A stretch of DNA of 32,000 nucleotides from Candidatus Iainarchaeum sp. (GCA_030649345.1 JAUSKK010000046.1:7824-39823); one strand, 5' to 3'. Counted from the stretch's first letter, positions 23,658 through 31,995 are shown. Program-made: numbers and translations. The notes: generated by a model not told the origin, from the sequence alone.

Positions 23658-23709
23658 ATGGATTTAAAATTGAAAATTTTAAAATATTTAAAATTCAGGA
23701 GAATTTTAA
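23658..23709 (+). promoter_or_regulatory. recurrent AT-rich leader/promoter module + SD, copy A (upstream of top6B)
   Basis: TTAAAATTGAAAATTTTAAAATATTTAAAATTCAGGAGAATTTTAAATG. It shares 21 identical consecutive nt (TTAAAATTGAAAATTTTAAAA) with copy D. Confidence 0.55.
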
Positions 23710-25422
23710 ATGAGTAAAGAAAAAATTGAAAAAAAAATAAAAGAAGAAATTGAATTAGATCCAGTTACAGCTGACACGATTGCCAAAGAATTCAAAGAAC
23801 ACTCCGTAGCAGAATTCTTTAAGAAAAACAAACAAATGTTAGGCTTGTATGGAAAAGTCCGAACTTTAACTACCATTATTCACGAATATGTTTCCAACTC
23901 TTTAGATGCTTGTGAAGAAGCCAATATTTTACCAGAAATCGAAGTCAAGCTGGATGAATTGGGTGAAGAATATTATGAAGCTACAGTCAAAGACAATGGA
24001 CCTGGATTAACCGAAGAAACTGTCGGCAAAGCTTTTGGACAATTGTTGGCTGGAACCAAATTTCATCGAATGATGCAAGCCAGAGGACAACAAGGAATCG
24101 GAGCATCGGGTTGTACTATGCTTTCTCAGTCTACCACTGGAAAAGCTACCAAAGTCATTACAGGAAAAGGCGATGGAAAAGTAATTTCTTTAGAATTAAC
24201 CATTGACCCGAAAATGAATCAAGCCAAAATCACCAACTTTAAAAAAGTCGACAAAGAATATAGAGGAACAGCCGTGCAAGCAAAATTCAAAGGAGTCATT
24301 TACAAAGACACCCAAGGCGGAGTCTTAGAATATTTACGCAGAACAGCCATTGCCAATCCGCATGCACAAATTAAATTCCGCGATCCTAAAGGACAAACTG
24401 TTTTATTCAAGCGAACTTTAACACACATCCCCAAAAAGCCCAAAGAAATGAAACCACATCCATTGGGAACCACAGTAGATGATTTAGTGACTATGAGTAA
24501 ATACACAGAGTCACGAAAAGCCGGAAGTTTTTTGAAAAACGAATTTGATCGAGTCGGAGATACTTCATTGCAAAAAATTCAAAACATGATTCGTTTTGAC
24601 TTAAACAAAGACCCCCATCAATTGAGTTGGGAAGAATGTGAACAATTAATTCAAGCATTCAAAAAAGTAGACTTTATTGCACCCAGCACTGAAGGATTAA
24701 GCCCTATTGGAGAAGACAGAATTAAAAAATCTTTGGAAAGCATTGTCAAACCAGAATTTGTTGTAACTTTAACCAGAAAACCTAAAATTTATGCAGGCGG
24801 ATACTCTTTTCAAATTGAAGTAGGCTTAGCGTACGGTGGAAATGCAGGAGAACGAACTTCCAGCAATCCAGAAGACGTAAAAGTTGAACTCATGCGGTAT
24901 GCCAACCGAGCTCCTTTATTGTTTGACGGAGGCTCTTGCGCCATTACCAAAGCCATTCAATCCGTAGAATGGAAACGCTACGGTGTAAGAGACTTAGACA
25001 GTGCTCCTTTAGCAGTATTCATTAATTTTATCTCAGTTCACGTACCCTACACAGGAGCTGGAAAACAAGCCATCACCGACGAAGAAGAAATCATGGAAGA
25101 ATTACGATTATCGTTAATGGACTGCGGCCGAAGAATGGGAATTTATTTAGGAGCCAAACGCAGAGAACACGATCGAAAAATGAAACAAGAAATGTTCTAC
25201 AAATACATTCCAGAAATTGCAACGGCTTTAAGCAGTGTCACTAAAGAAAAAAAGGAAACATTAATTACAAAACTTGAAAAATTAGTCAAAGACAAACTAG
25301 GCTTGGAAAAATTAGAAGCAAAAATTAAATCCAAACAAGTTGGAAAAGAAGAACAAGAAAAAGCCGACGACGAAATTGGAAAAGCAGTTGTAGTAGAAGA
25401 CGAAGGAAGCGGGGATGAATAA
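23710..25422 (+). CDS. top6B: DNA topoisomerase VI subunit B
   Basis: The GHKL/Bergerat motifs are HEYVSNSLDACEEA (N-box), VKDNGPGL (G1) and GQQGIGASG (G2). The transducer domain includes NRAPLLFD. The gene is followed by top6A. The tail is K/E/D-rich. Confidence 0.95.
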   Translation: MSKEKIEKKIKEEIELDPVTADTIAKEFKEHSVAEFFKKNKQMLGLYGKVRTLTTIIHEYVSNSLDACEEANILPEIEVKLDELGEEYYEATVKDNGPGLTEETVGKAFGQLLAGTKFHRMMQARGQQGIGASGCTMLSQSTTGKATKVITGKGDGKVISLELTIDPKMNQAKITNFKKVDKEYRGTAVQAKFKGVIYKDTQGGVLEYLRRTAIANPHAQIKFRDPKGQTVLFKRTLTHIPKKPKEMKPHPLGTTVDDLVTMSKYTESRKAGSFLKNEFDRVGDTSLQKIQNMIRFDLNKDPHQLSWEECEQLIQAFKKVDFIAPSTEGLSPIGEDRIKKSLESIVKPEFVVTLTRKPKIYAGGYSFQIEVGLAYGGNAGERTSSNPEDVKVELMRYANRAPLLFDGGSCAITKAIQSVEWKRYGVRDLDSAPLAVFINFISVHVPYTGAGKQAITDEEEIMEELRLSLMDCGRRMGIYLGAKRREHDRKMKQEMFYKYIPEIATALSSVTKEKKETLITKLEKLVKDKLGLEKLEAKIKSKQVGKEEQEKADDEIGKAVVVEDEGSGDE

Positions 25423-25424
25423 TT

Positions 25425-25478
25425 ATGGTTCCAAAATTGCAAATTTTGAAACTTTTAAAAAATCAGGAGGTTTTTTAA
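25425..25478 (+). promoter_or_regulatory. recurrent AT-rich leader/promoter module + SD, copy B (upstream of top6A)
   Basis: CCAAAATTGCAAATTTTGAAACTTTTAAAAAATCAGGAGGTTTTTTAAATG. Confidence 0.55.
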
Positions 25479-26645
25479 ATGGCTAAAAAAGAACCAAAAG
25501 AAAAAGCGCATGTCCACAAAAAAACAGCTCATGATCTCCGAATGGAAAAAGAAGGACCCAAAGAAATTGGCCGAAGAATTAAAGAAATGGCCGATGGTCT
25601 TGTAGAAGAAATTAAAGCCAACCAAGATCCAACGTTTATTACATCCCAGCGGGGAAGGGGCAATGTAAGCTTTAGTGAAGCAGAAGGAATTATTACATTG
25701 GGAGACAAAAAAACGCATAGAAATTTTTTAAACGTAGCTCATGCACGAAAATTCATGCAAACCATGCTGGTCACCAGCAAAGCCAATGACTATTTAGGCA
25801 ACAATAAAACAGCCGCAATTCGTGAAATTTATTATGAACTCAAACACACAGTCGGAGGCACAGACGAAAATACATTCGAAGACCAATCTGAATCCGATGG
25901 AGTAATTGTAGACTTAGAACACAGTGTAGAAACCATCCGAGAAAAATTAAATATTCACGCCAACCCCAAAGGAACCTTGTACGGAGATATTACATTAATT
26001 GACCGAATGCATAGAAACGATGAATTCAATTGCTTAAAATTAGGAAGAGGCGGCTGGAGTATTATGAGTAGATTAGAGCCGAATGAAATTGAAATCAAAA
26101 AAGTAAACGCAGACTATGTTTTAGTCATTGAAACCAGTGCTATGTTAGAAAGACTGGTTGAAGAAGATTATGCCCGCAAAAACAAATGCATTTTAGTTGG
26201 AACTTCAGGACAAGCTGCACGCGGAGCCCGAAGACTGGTACATAGATTAAATGCTGAATTCAAATTGCCAGTCATTGTATTCACAGACGGAGATCCATAC
26301 GGTTGGTATATTTATTCTGTCATCAAACAAGGAAGTATGGCTTTGGCTGCACACTCTGAATTCTTAGCTTGCCCGGACGCCAAATATGTTGGAATGACTA
26401 TTGAAGACATCAAAGAATATGGCTTAGAAAATGTAACCGAAAAAATGAAAGAAATGGATGTCAAACGAGCCAAAGAAATGCTAGCCTATGATTGGTTCAA
26501 AAACCCAGAATGGCAAGCTGAACTCAAAACAGCCATTAGTTTAGGAAAAAGAATTGAACAACAAGCCTTAGCCAACAAAAGCTTAGAATTTGTGGCCACA
26601 GAATACTTGCCTAAAAAAATCAAAAAGAAACAATTCTTACCTTAA
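25479..26645 (+). CDS. top6A: DNA topoisomerase VI subunit A (Spo11 homolog)
   Basis: AAIREIYYELKH lies in the catalytic Tyr region. The Toprim motifs are VLVIETSAM and VFTDGDPYGWYIYS. The N-terminal ~35 aa are Lys-rich. Confidence 0.95.
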   Translation: MAKKEPKEKAHVHKKTAHDLRMEKEGPKEIGRRIKEMADGLVEEIKANQDPTFITSQRGRGNVSFSEAEGIITLGDKKTHRNFLNVAHARKFMQTMLVTSKANDYLGNNKTAAIREIYYELKHTVGGTDENTFEDQSESDGVIVDLEHSVETIREKLNIHANPKGTLYGDITLIDRMHRNDEFNCLKLGRGGWSIMSRLEPNEIEIKKVNADYVLVIETSAMLERLVEEDYARKNKCILVGTSGQAARGARRLVHRLNAEFKLPVIVFTDGDPYGWYIYSVIKQGSMALAAHSEFLACPDAKYVGMTIEDIKEYGLENVTEKMKEMDVKRAKEMLAYDWFKNPEWQAELKTAISLGKRIEQQALANKSLEFVATEYLPKKIKKKQFLP

Positions 26646-26664
26646 ACAAGCACCAAGCCCAAGA

Positions 26665-27123
26665 TTATTCTTTTCCAGAATTTAGCTTAATCTCTGTTTT
26701 TTCCATAATACCTGAGCCTACAATAAAATCTTTGAAAAATACAATCACGCAACCGTTGCTCAAAACACTGCTTTTCTTTTTAATATTCTTTAAGTCCAAG
26801 TTTTTTCCTTTCATAAATTCTTGTGCTTGAACAAAGTCTACTTCAATCCAATTTTTTTGAATTTGATTCCGTTTAAAAAAGGTCAATGCTAAATTGGCTG
26901 GAATTTTTTTATAAAAATCAGCCAACAGCATAAAAGGGGTGCCAAAAAGTTTGCTTTTATTTACTTTTTCAAAATCTTTTGATTTATATAACAAGAAAAC
27001 TTTCTCAAAATGCTCCAAAAATAAATAATTTGCAAAAAAGTGCTCAAAAATACCAAAGCGTTCTAAAAAATATTTTCTAATTTCTTTTATTTTATTCAAA
27101 TCTCTAAGTTCACGCATAATCAT
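26665..27123 (-). CDS. Nip7-like pre-PUA/PUA domain protein
   Basis: MRELRDLNKIKEIRKYFLERFG at the N-terminus and the C-terminal FMKGKNLDL..I......NGCVIVFFKDFIVGSGI resemble archaeal Nip7/UPF0113 (..F..G.dv....i.....g..vvV.....plG.G). There is a 4-nt ATGA overlap with the upstream NSUN methyltransferase gene. Family-level call by eye. Confidence 0.45.
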   Translation of the reverse strand: MIMRELRDLNKIKEIRKYFLERFGIFEHFFANYLFLEHFEKVFLLYKSKDFEKVNKSKLFGTPFMLLADFYKKIPANLALTFFKRNQIQKNWIEVDFVQAQEFMKGKNLDLKNIKKKSSVLSNGCVIVFFKDFIVGSGIMEKTEIKLNSGKE

Positions 27124-28073
27124 TCACTTTTTTTAATTTTTCCAACAAAAAATCCTTCCAAATTATGCTTATACGGCCAAATTCGCAAACAATTTCTTAC
27201 TTCAAAAGAATAACGTTTTCCGTTATACTGCTCTAAAGGCAATGTTCCCTTTAATCCTTTCAATTTAATGGAAACAGTATGTGCATCTTTTTTGGAATCC
27301 AATAAAAATTGGACAATGTCTTCGTTTTCTTCTGGAGAAAACGTACATGTAGAATACACTAACTCGCCGCCAGGCTTGAGTAAATCAAATGCATGAACCA
27401 TTAATTGTTTTTGAAGTTCTTGAAATTTGATAACTTTTTCCTGCGACCAATCTTTTAATTGATTAATGGTTTTGTTGATTTCCCCGTCACTGGAACAGGG
27501 AGCATCCAATAAAATTTTATCAAATTTTAGGCCAACATCAAACTGAATTCCATCTTGATGGGTTAGCAAACAATTGGTGACTCCATTTTTCAATAAATGA
27601 ATCCGCATTCTCTTTAAGCGCACTTCATCCGATTCATTGGCAATCAATAAGCCTTGATTTCCCATAAACTGGGCCAGCATAATGGTTTTATTTCCTGGAG
27701 CTGCAGTTAAATCCAAAACAGTTTCATTTACTTTTGGATCTAAAGCAATTACTGGAATCATAGCTGAAGCAGACATAATTTGAATCAAACCTAACTCATG
27801 TTCTAAGCTTTTAGAAATAACTTCAAAATTACTGCTTACAAAAAAAGCATGGTCTAAAAACTCAATTTTTTCAAATTTACTATTCGAATTTTGCAAAAAA
27901 CGCACAATGCTTTGCTCGGAAGCTTTTAAAGTATTGACGCGAATTGTTTTCGGCAAAAACCAAGTTAAGCTTTCAAAAAATGTTTTGCTTTCTTTTCCTA
28001 AAATAGGTTCGAATTTTTTCAAAAAAGACTTAGCAATCAAACCTTGGGCATTGGGAGAAACGCGTATAACCAT
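27120..28073 (-). CDS. NOL1/NOP2/Sun-family RNA cytosine-C5 methyltransferase
   Basis: VLDLTAAPGNKT (SAM motif I), ILLDAPCSSDG (motif IV with catalytic Cys) and LVYSTCTFSPEENE (motif VI TC). Confidence 0.9.
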   Translation of the reverse strand: MVIRVSPNAQGLIAKSFLKKFEPILGKESKTFFESLTWFLPKTIRVNTLKASEQSIVRFLQNSNSKFEKIEFLDHAFFVSSNFEVISKSLEHELGLIQIMSASAMIPVIALDPKVNETVLDLTAAPGNKTIMLAQFMGNQGLLIANESDEVRLKRMRIHLLKNGVTNCLLTHQDGIQFDVGLKFDKILLDAPCSSDGEINKTINQLKDWSQEKVIKFQELQKQLMVHAFDLLKPGGELVYSTCTFSPEENEDIVQFLLDSKKDAHTVSIKLKGLKGTLPLEQYNGKRYSFEVRNCLRIWPYKHNLEGFFVGKIKKSE

Positions 28074-28092
28074 ACTCCAAAATGGAAAGAAA

Positions 28093-28102
28093 ATAATTTA
28101 AA
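28093..28102 (+). promoter_or_regulatory. TATA-box-like element positioned for a leaderless acdA transcript (shared divergent region with the NSUN gene)
   Basis: ataatttaaa is centred ~28 nt upstream of ATG 28126. Confidence 0.35.
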
Positions 28103-28125
28103 GTAGTTTAACCTTGTATTGTAAA

Positions 28126-29523
28126 ATGACTCCACAAGAATTGAAGTTAATTCATGCCTTTTTTTACCCAAAAACAGTTGCTGTCATAGGAGCTTCTCAC
28201 ACAGCAGGAAGTGTAGGATATACTGTTTTGGAAAACTTTGTACGCAAATTCAAAGGAAATATTTATCCTATTAATCCAAATGTAAGCGAAATTTTGGGAA
28301 AAAAATGCCATAAAAGCATTATAGATGTAAAAGAAAAAATTGATTTAGCTATTATTTGTACTCCAGCTCAAGTGGTTTTAAAAGTATTTGAAGAATGTGC
28401 GTTGAAAAAAATTCCGGCAGTCATTATTGTCAGCGCAGGATTTAATGAAATTGGAAATACTGAATTAACTGAAAAATTGGAAAAATTAATTTCAAAATAC
28501 AAGAAAACCACTCGCGTAATTGGCCCCAATTGTTTAGGAGTGCTCAATACAGAAACCAAAGTAGATACTTTATTTTTGCCAGAATACAGATTGGCTCGGC
28601 CTGAGCTTGGAAGTATTTCATTTATTTCTCAATCCGGAGCTATTGGATCAGCAGTATTGGATTGGGCATCCAGTGAAGATTATGGAATGAACAAACTTAT
28701 TAGTTACGGTAATGCTTTGGATTTAGATGAAACAGACTTAATGGAATACTTAATTCAAGACCCAAAGACCAGTGTAATTTGTTTGTATTTGGAAGGCAAC
28801 AAAAATGGAAGAAAATTTTTTGAAAGTTTGAAAAAAAATTCGCATAAAAAACCAATCATAGTATTGAAAGGCGGACGCAGTAAAGCTGGAGCTAAAGCAA
28901 CCCAAAGCCATACTGCAAGTCTAGCTGGATCCAATGAAGTATTCAATGCATTGTTTAAGCAAACTGGATTAATTGAAGCTAAAACTTTTGAAGAGTTATT
29001 TAATTTTGCACGTATTTTAAGCAAAATCAAAATTGCACCCAAAGGAAAAAGAGTTCAAATTATTACAGACGGCGGAGGCTATGGAGTATTATTAGCTGAC
29101 TCCATTGAAGAAACTGGTTTAGAATTAGCTGAAATGAGCGCCAACAATATTGAAATTATTCGAAAACAAGTTCCTTCGTATGTTCAAATCAAAAATCCTT
29201 TAGATTTAGCCGGAGATGTAACCAATGAAAGATACAAAATTGCCATAGAACAAGCTTTGCTAGATAAAAATGTAGACATGCTGGCAGTTATTTTATTGTA
29301 TCAAGTTCCTCAATTGGATTCCAAAATCGTAGAAGAAGTCAAAGCCTTAAATAACCGTAAATTGAAACCTTTAATTGCAATATCCATTGGCGGAGAATTC
29401 TCGAAAGTACACTCAAAAGCCTTGGAAGAAGCGGGAGTGGTAAATTTTTTATACCCAGATGAAGCAGCCAAAGCACTGAAAGCATTATTTGAATTTCACC
29501 AATATAAAAAAGAACACAAATAA
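28126..29523 (+). CDS. acdA: acetyl-CoA synthetase (ADP-forming) alpha subunit
   Basis: VAVIGASHTAGSVGY (CoA-binding), IGPNCLGV, SFISQSGA and QSHTASLAG (phosphohistidine segment). I prefer the ATG at 28126 over the track's TTG at 28114. A TATA-like ataatttaaa at 28093-28102 is centred ~28 nt upstream. Confidence 0.9.
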   Translation: MTPQELKLIHAFFYPKTVAVIGASHTAGSVGYTVLENFVRKFKGNIYPINPNVSEILGKKCHKSIIDVKEKIDLAIICTPAQVVLKVFEECALKKIPAVIIVSAGFNEIGNTELTEKLEKLISKYKKTTRVIGPNCLGVLNTETKVDTLFLPEYRLARPELGSISFISQSGAIGSAVLDWASSEDYGMNKLISYGNALDLDETDLMEYLIQDPKTSVICLYLEGNKNGRKFFESLKKNSHKKPIIVLKGGRSKAGAKATQSHTASLAGSNEVFNALFKQTGLIEAKTFEELFNFARILSKIKIAPKGKRVQIITDGGGYGVLLADSIEETGLELAEMSANNIEIIRKQVPSYVQIKNPLDLAGDVTNERYKIAIEQALLDKNVDMLAVILLYQVPQLDSKIVEEVKALNNRKLKPLIAISIGGEFSKVHSKALEEAGVVNFLYPDEAAKALKALFEFHQYKKEHK

Positions 29524-30756
29524 CTAATTTTTTTTCTTACTTAACAATTCAATCACTTTTTCTTCTTCGCCTTGTTCCAATAATTCAAACAAGTGTTTCG
29601 AGTCAATACTTTTATCAAACGAAGTTTTGTCTAAATTTTTCTCCAACAAATCCAAACCCAATGAAAGAATGGATTGCTTGCTTTGTTGCAATTCAGCTAA
29701 ATGCTTAATTCTAGAACGCAAGTCTGAACCAGCAAATGATTTGTCAATAGCCACAATAGCTTTACCATCCCATGGATTCAATAAATCATCCACTGAAAGA
29801 TCACCTGGTTTTAATCCAACAGCTAATTTTCCGAGCAATTTTACTTTAATCAAAGGCAAACTAGATTCTTTATGTTTCTCTAAAACATCTGAAACAGTTT
29901 TGTACACTTTGTCAAAAACTTCCTGCAAAGATTCTCCAGTAAATTCAATTTTTTCATAATACAATCTACGCTGATTCGGAATTTCCAATTTGGTCAACTG
30001 ATTTGTTTGCGTGTCCAGTACATGAATGCATTTAGGTTTTTTAGATTCCAAATTTTTCATTTGAGTAATCACAGTAGAGCCAGTCAACAATAAATGTTTT
30101 CCGTGTTCGCTAAATTCATTCGTCCAATGAAGATGGCCATTTACAATTAAATCAAAACCTCCGGGTAAATCAGCAACGGAAATACTGGCAACCATTTCGT
30201 CATCAAAAGGCAAAAATTCTTTAATGGATTGATGCAATACCAAAATATTTTTTACATTTTCTACAGGCTTCGGATTCCAGTACTTTAATACATCCAATGC
30301 TTTTTTTTCAGGAACACCCGACATTCCATGCACAACAACTGCAGTATTTCCTTTTTCTGCAATCACATGACAGCCATGCAAATACGTCAAAAAACCAGAA
30401 TATTCCATAATGTCTAAAACATTGGCATAATCTTTAGCCCGATGTTCATGGGTTCCATGAATAGAAACTACCGGAATTCCTTGAAAATGCACTTCATGTT
30501 TTGCTCCATTTTTTTCTTTAAATAATTTAATTTCGGATTGTTTTTGTTTTTGCGGCAAAGAAAACAATTGAGCAACCTCCAACCAAGTTTCTTGACTTGG
30601 AACAGAATGATGCACTAAATCGCCGGCCAAAACAATCAAATCAGGCTGCTGAGCAATAGCTAACTCAAATGCTGTTTTACATTGATCAAAAGCTTCTGTT
30701 GTTCTCTTTTCTTGAGTAAACCCTAAATGAGTATCTGAAAAAAATACAATCTTCAT
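29524..30756 (-). CDS. mre11: DNA double-strand break repair nuclease Mre11 (calcineurin-like metallophosphoesterase)
   Basis: MKIVFFSDTHLG, VLAGDLVH, IHGTHEH, VLHQS and NGHLH are phosphoesterase motifs I-V in order. I prefer the ATG at 30756, which overlaps the upstream HAD stop (ATGA). Confidence 0.8.
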   Translation of the reverse strand: MKIVFFSDTHLGFTQEKRTTEAFDQCKTAFELAIAQQPDLIVLAGDLVHHSVPSQETWLEVAQLFSLPQKQKQSEIKLFKEKNGAKHEVHFQGIPVVSIHGTHEHRAKDYANVLDIMEYSGFLTYLHGCHVIAEKGNTAVVVHGMSGVPEKKALDVLKYWNPKPVENVKNILVLHQSIKEFLPFDDEMVASISVADLPGGFDLIVNGHLHWTNEFSEHGKHLLLTGSTVITQMKNLESKKPKCIHVLDTQTNQLTKLEIPNQRRLYYEKIEFTGESLQEVFDKVYKTVSDVLEKHKESSLPLIKVKLLGKLAVGLKPGDLSVDDLLNPWDGKAIVAIDKSFAGSDLRSRIKHLAELQQSKQSILSLGLDLLEKNLDKTSFDKSIDSKHLFELLEQGEEEKVIELLSKKKN

Positions 30757-31412
30757 TCTATCCAACCTTTTGTTTTCAACCAATCTATTAATTCATGCAC
30801 CGAAGGAATAATATTTTCTAGGCTTAATCCAGCATCCACAAACACTTCTCGGGCGGTTGGGCCAGTTAATACTCCAGTAAAATTTAAGCCAGCACGATGC
30901 GCAGCCAAAAAATCATATAAAGAATCGCCCACATACAAAGTTTCTTCTTTTCCAATTCCATGATTACTCAACAAATGAATAGTTGAATCAAACACTCTTG
31001 GATCCGGTTTATGAAAATTTGTATTGGTTCGAGTTAATACTGCAGAAAAATAATTCAAATCCACTTTCGCATACTGAGCAACCAAATTAAATGAAAATTC
31101 GTCTCGGGTCGTCAATAAACCCAGAAATAATTTTTTAGAATTCAAAAAACCCAAAGTTTCATTTACGCCAAACACAGCATCATAGTCTTCATTTTTTTCT
31201 TGCACATGAACTGCTTTAAAATCTTCAAAACGAACATTCGGCCACAATCCAGTAATCAAATCGCTCCACGGCAAACCATAAAAAGAAAGATATTCTTTTT
31301 CGGAAGGAATTCGTAAATTTAACTTACGGGCAGTATTGCAGTGTTTTCGGTAAGCCACTTGATAGGTTCGAACCAAAGTATCATCAAAATCAAAAAAAAT
31401 AGATTTAATCAT
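30753..31412 (-). CDS. HAD-superfamily phosphatase
   Basis: IFFDFDDTLV (DxDxT), LLTTR (motif II), KPDP and YVGDSLYDFLAAHRAG (motif IV). GGAGG lies 7 nt upstream of the ATG. Confidence 0.8.
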   Translation of the reverse strand: MIKSIFFDFDDTLVRTYQVAYRKHCNTARKLNLRIPSEKEYLSFYGLPWSDLITGLWPNVRFEDFKAVHVQEKNEDYDAVFGVNETLGFLNSKKLFLGLLTTRDEFSFNLVAQYAKVDLNYFSAVLTRTNTNFHKPDPRVFDSTIHLLSNHGIGKEETLYVGDSLYDFLAAHRAGLNFTGVLTGPTAREVFVDAGLSLENIIPSVHELIDWLKTKGWIE

Positions 31413-31466
31413 TTAAAATCCTCCGGATTTTAAAAGTTTTTTAAAATTTTCAATTTTAAAAATCAA
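31413..31466 (-). promoter_or_regulatory. recurrent AT-rich leader/promoter module + SD, copy D (upstream of HAD-mre11)
   Basis: The reverse complement reads TTTTAAAATTGAAAATTTTAAAAAACTTTTAAAATCCGGAGGATTTTAAATG. Its 5' part overlaps the stop of the ThiI-like gene. Confidence 0.55.
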
Positions 31467-31995
31467 GGTACATCAACTCAGTTAATTTTTCTTTCACCAT
31501 TTGTTTTGAAAACAAATTCAATGGCCGTAAAACAACCAAATTGTATTGTTTAAATAAATCTAAATCTTGGCCAAAACTAGTTAAACTAACTTCAATGGAT
31601 GGATTCGCTAAAGCCAAGATTTTTCTTTTCTCTTTTTCAGTATTCAAATTTTCGAATAAAATCCAATCTAAATCTCGAAAAGAATTCCATGCACTTAATT
31701 CTTTTAAAAGAATTAATTTTTTTTCGTCTGGTTTTTTTGAAAAAATAATTACAACTTTGCAGCCTCTTCTGAGCAAAAGCAAACACGAAAGAATGCTTTC
31801 TTGAGAATTATTCCAAAGCAAAGCTAACACACCCGCAGTTCCAACCGGCAAACCATTTAAGGCGTGCAATTCATTTACAAAAACACACGCCCAGTTATCT
31901 CGAATTTCCACAAAAACAAATTGTTCTGCATTTTTCAAATTTACTGTAAGTTCAGGAAATTGTTCTAAAATTTTCCCGCCCAATTCTTGACTCAT
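31456..31995 (-). CDS. ThiI-like protein (end of THUMP domain + PP-loop-like domain with degenerate SGGxDS motif); may extend beyond the right window edge
   Basis: LGGKILEQFPELTVNLKNAEQFVFVEIRD...LNGLPVGTAGVLALL aligns with the ThiI THUMP-to-PP-loop junction (V.L.nP...i.VEIR......GGLPVGT.G.vl.LlSGGiDS). Here SGGIDS is replaced by WNNSQES. The C-terminal VLRPL matches the ThiI i.RPL block. The frame is still open upstream of the ATG at 31995 (next codon GTA). Confidence 0.45.
   Translation of the reverse strand: MSQELGGKILEQFPELTVNLKNAEQFVFVEIRDNWACVFVNELHALNGLPVGTAGVLALLWNNSQESILSCLLLLRRGCKVVIIFSKKPDEKKLILLKELSAWNSFRDLDWILFENLNTEKEKRKILALANPSIEVSLTSFGQDLDLFKQYNLVVLRPLNLFSKQMVKEKLTELMYLDF

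Noticed and set aside
25197-25718. Minus-strand ORFs 25197-25442 and 25455-25718 across the top6B/top6A junction
   Set aside because: They lie antisense to unambiguous topoisomerase VI genes. Their Ser/Phe-rich products are what antisense of K/E-rich coding sequence is expected to give.
28005-28013. GGTTCGAAT, a tRNA T-loop-like string
   Set aside because: It lies inside the NSUN methyltransferase CDS. The flanking sequence cannot form acceptor or T stems and there is no cloverleaf. I found no tRNA or rRNA anywhere in the window.
2556-29523. Separation of acdB (2556-3176) and acdA (28126-29523) as evidence of gene fission or pseudogenisation
   Set aside because: Two-subunit ADP-forming acetyl-CoA synthetases with unlinked alpha and beta genes are normal in archaea, and both ORFs are intact with their catalytic motifs.
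29627-29959. 110-aa plus-strand ORF
   Set aside because: It lies antisense to mre11 and is a shadow ORF.
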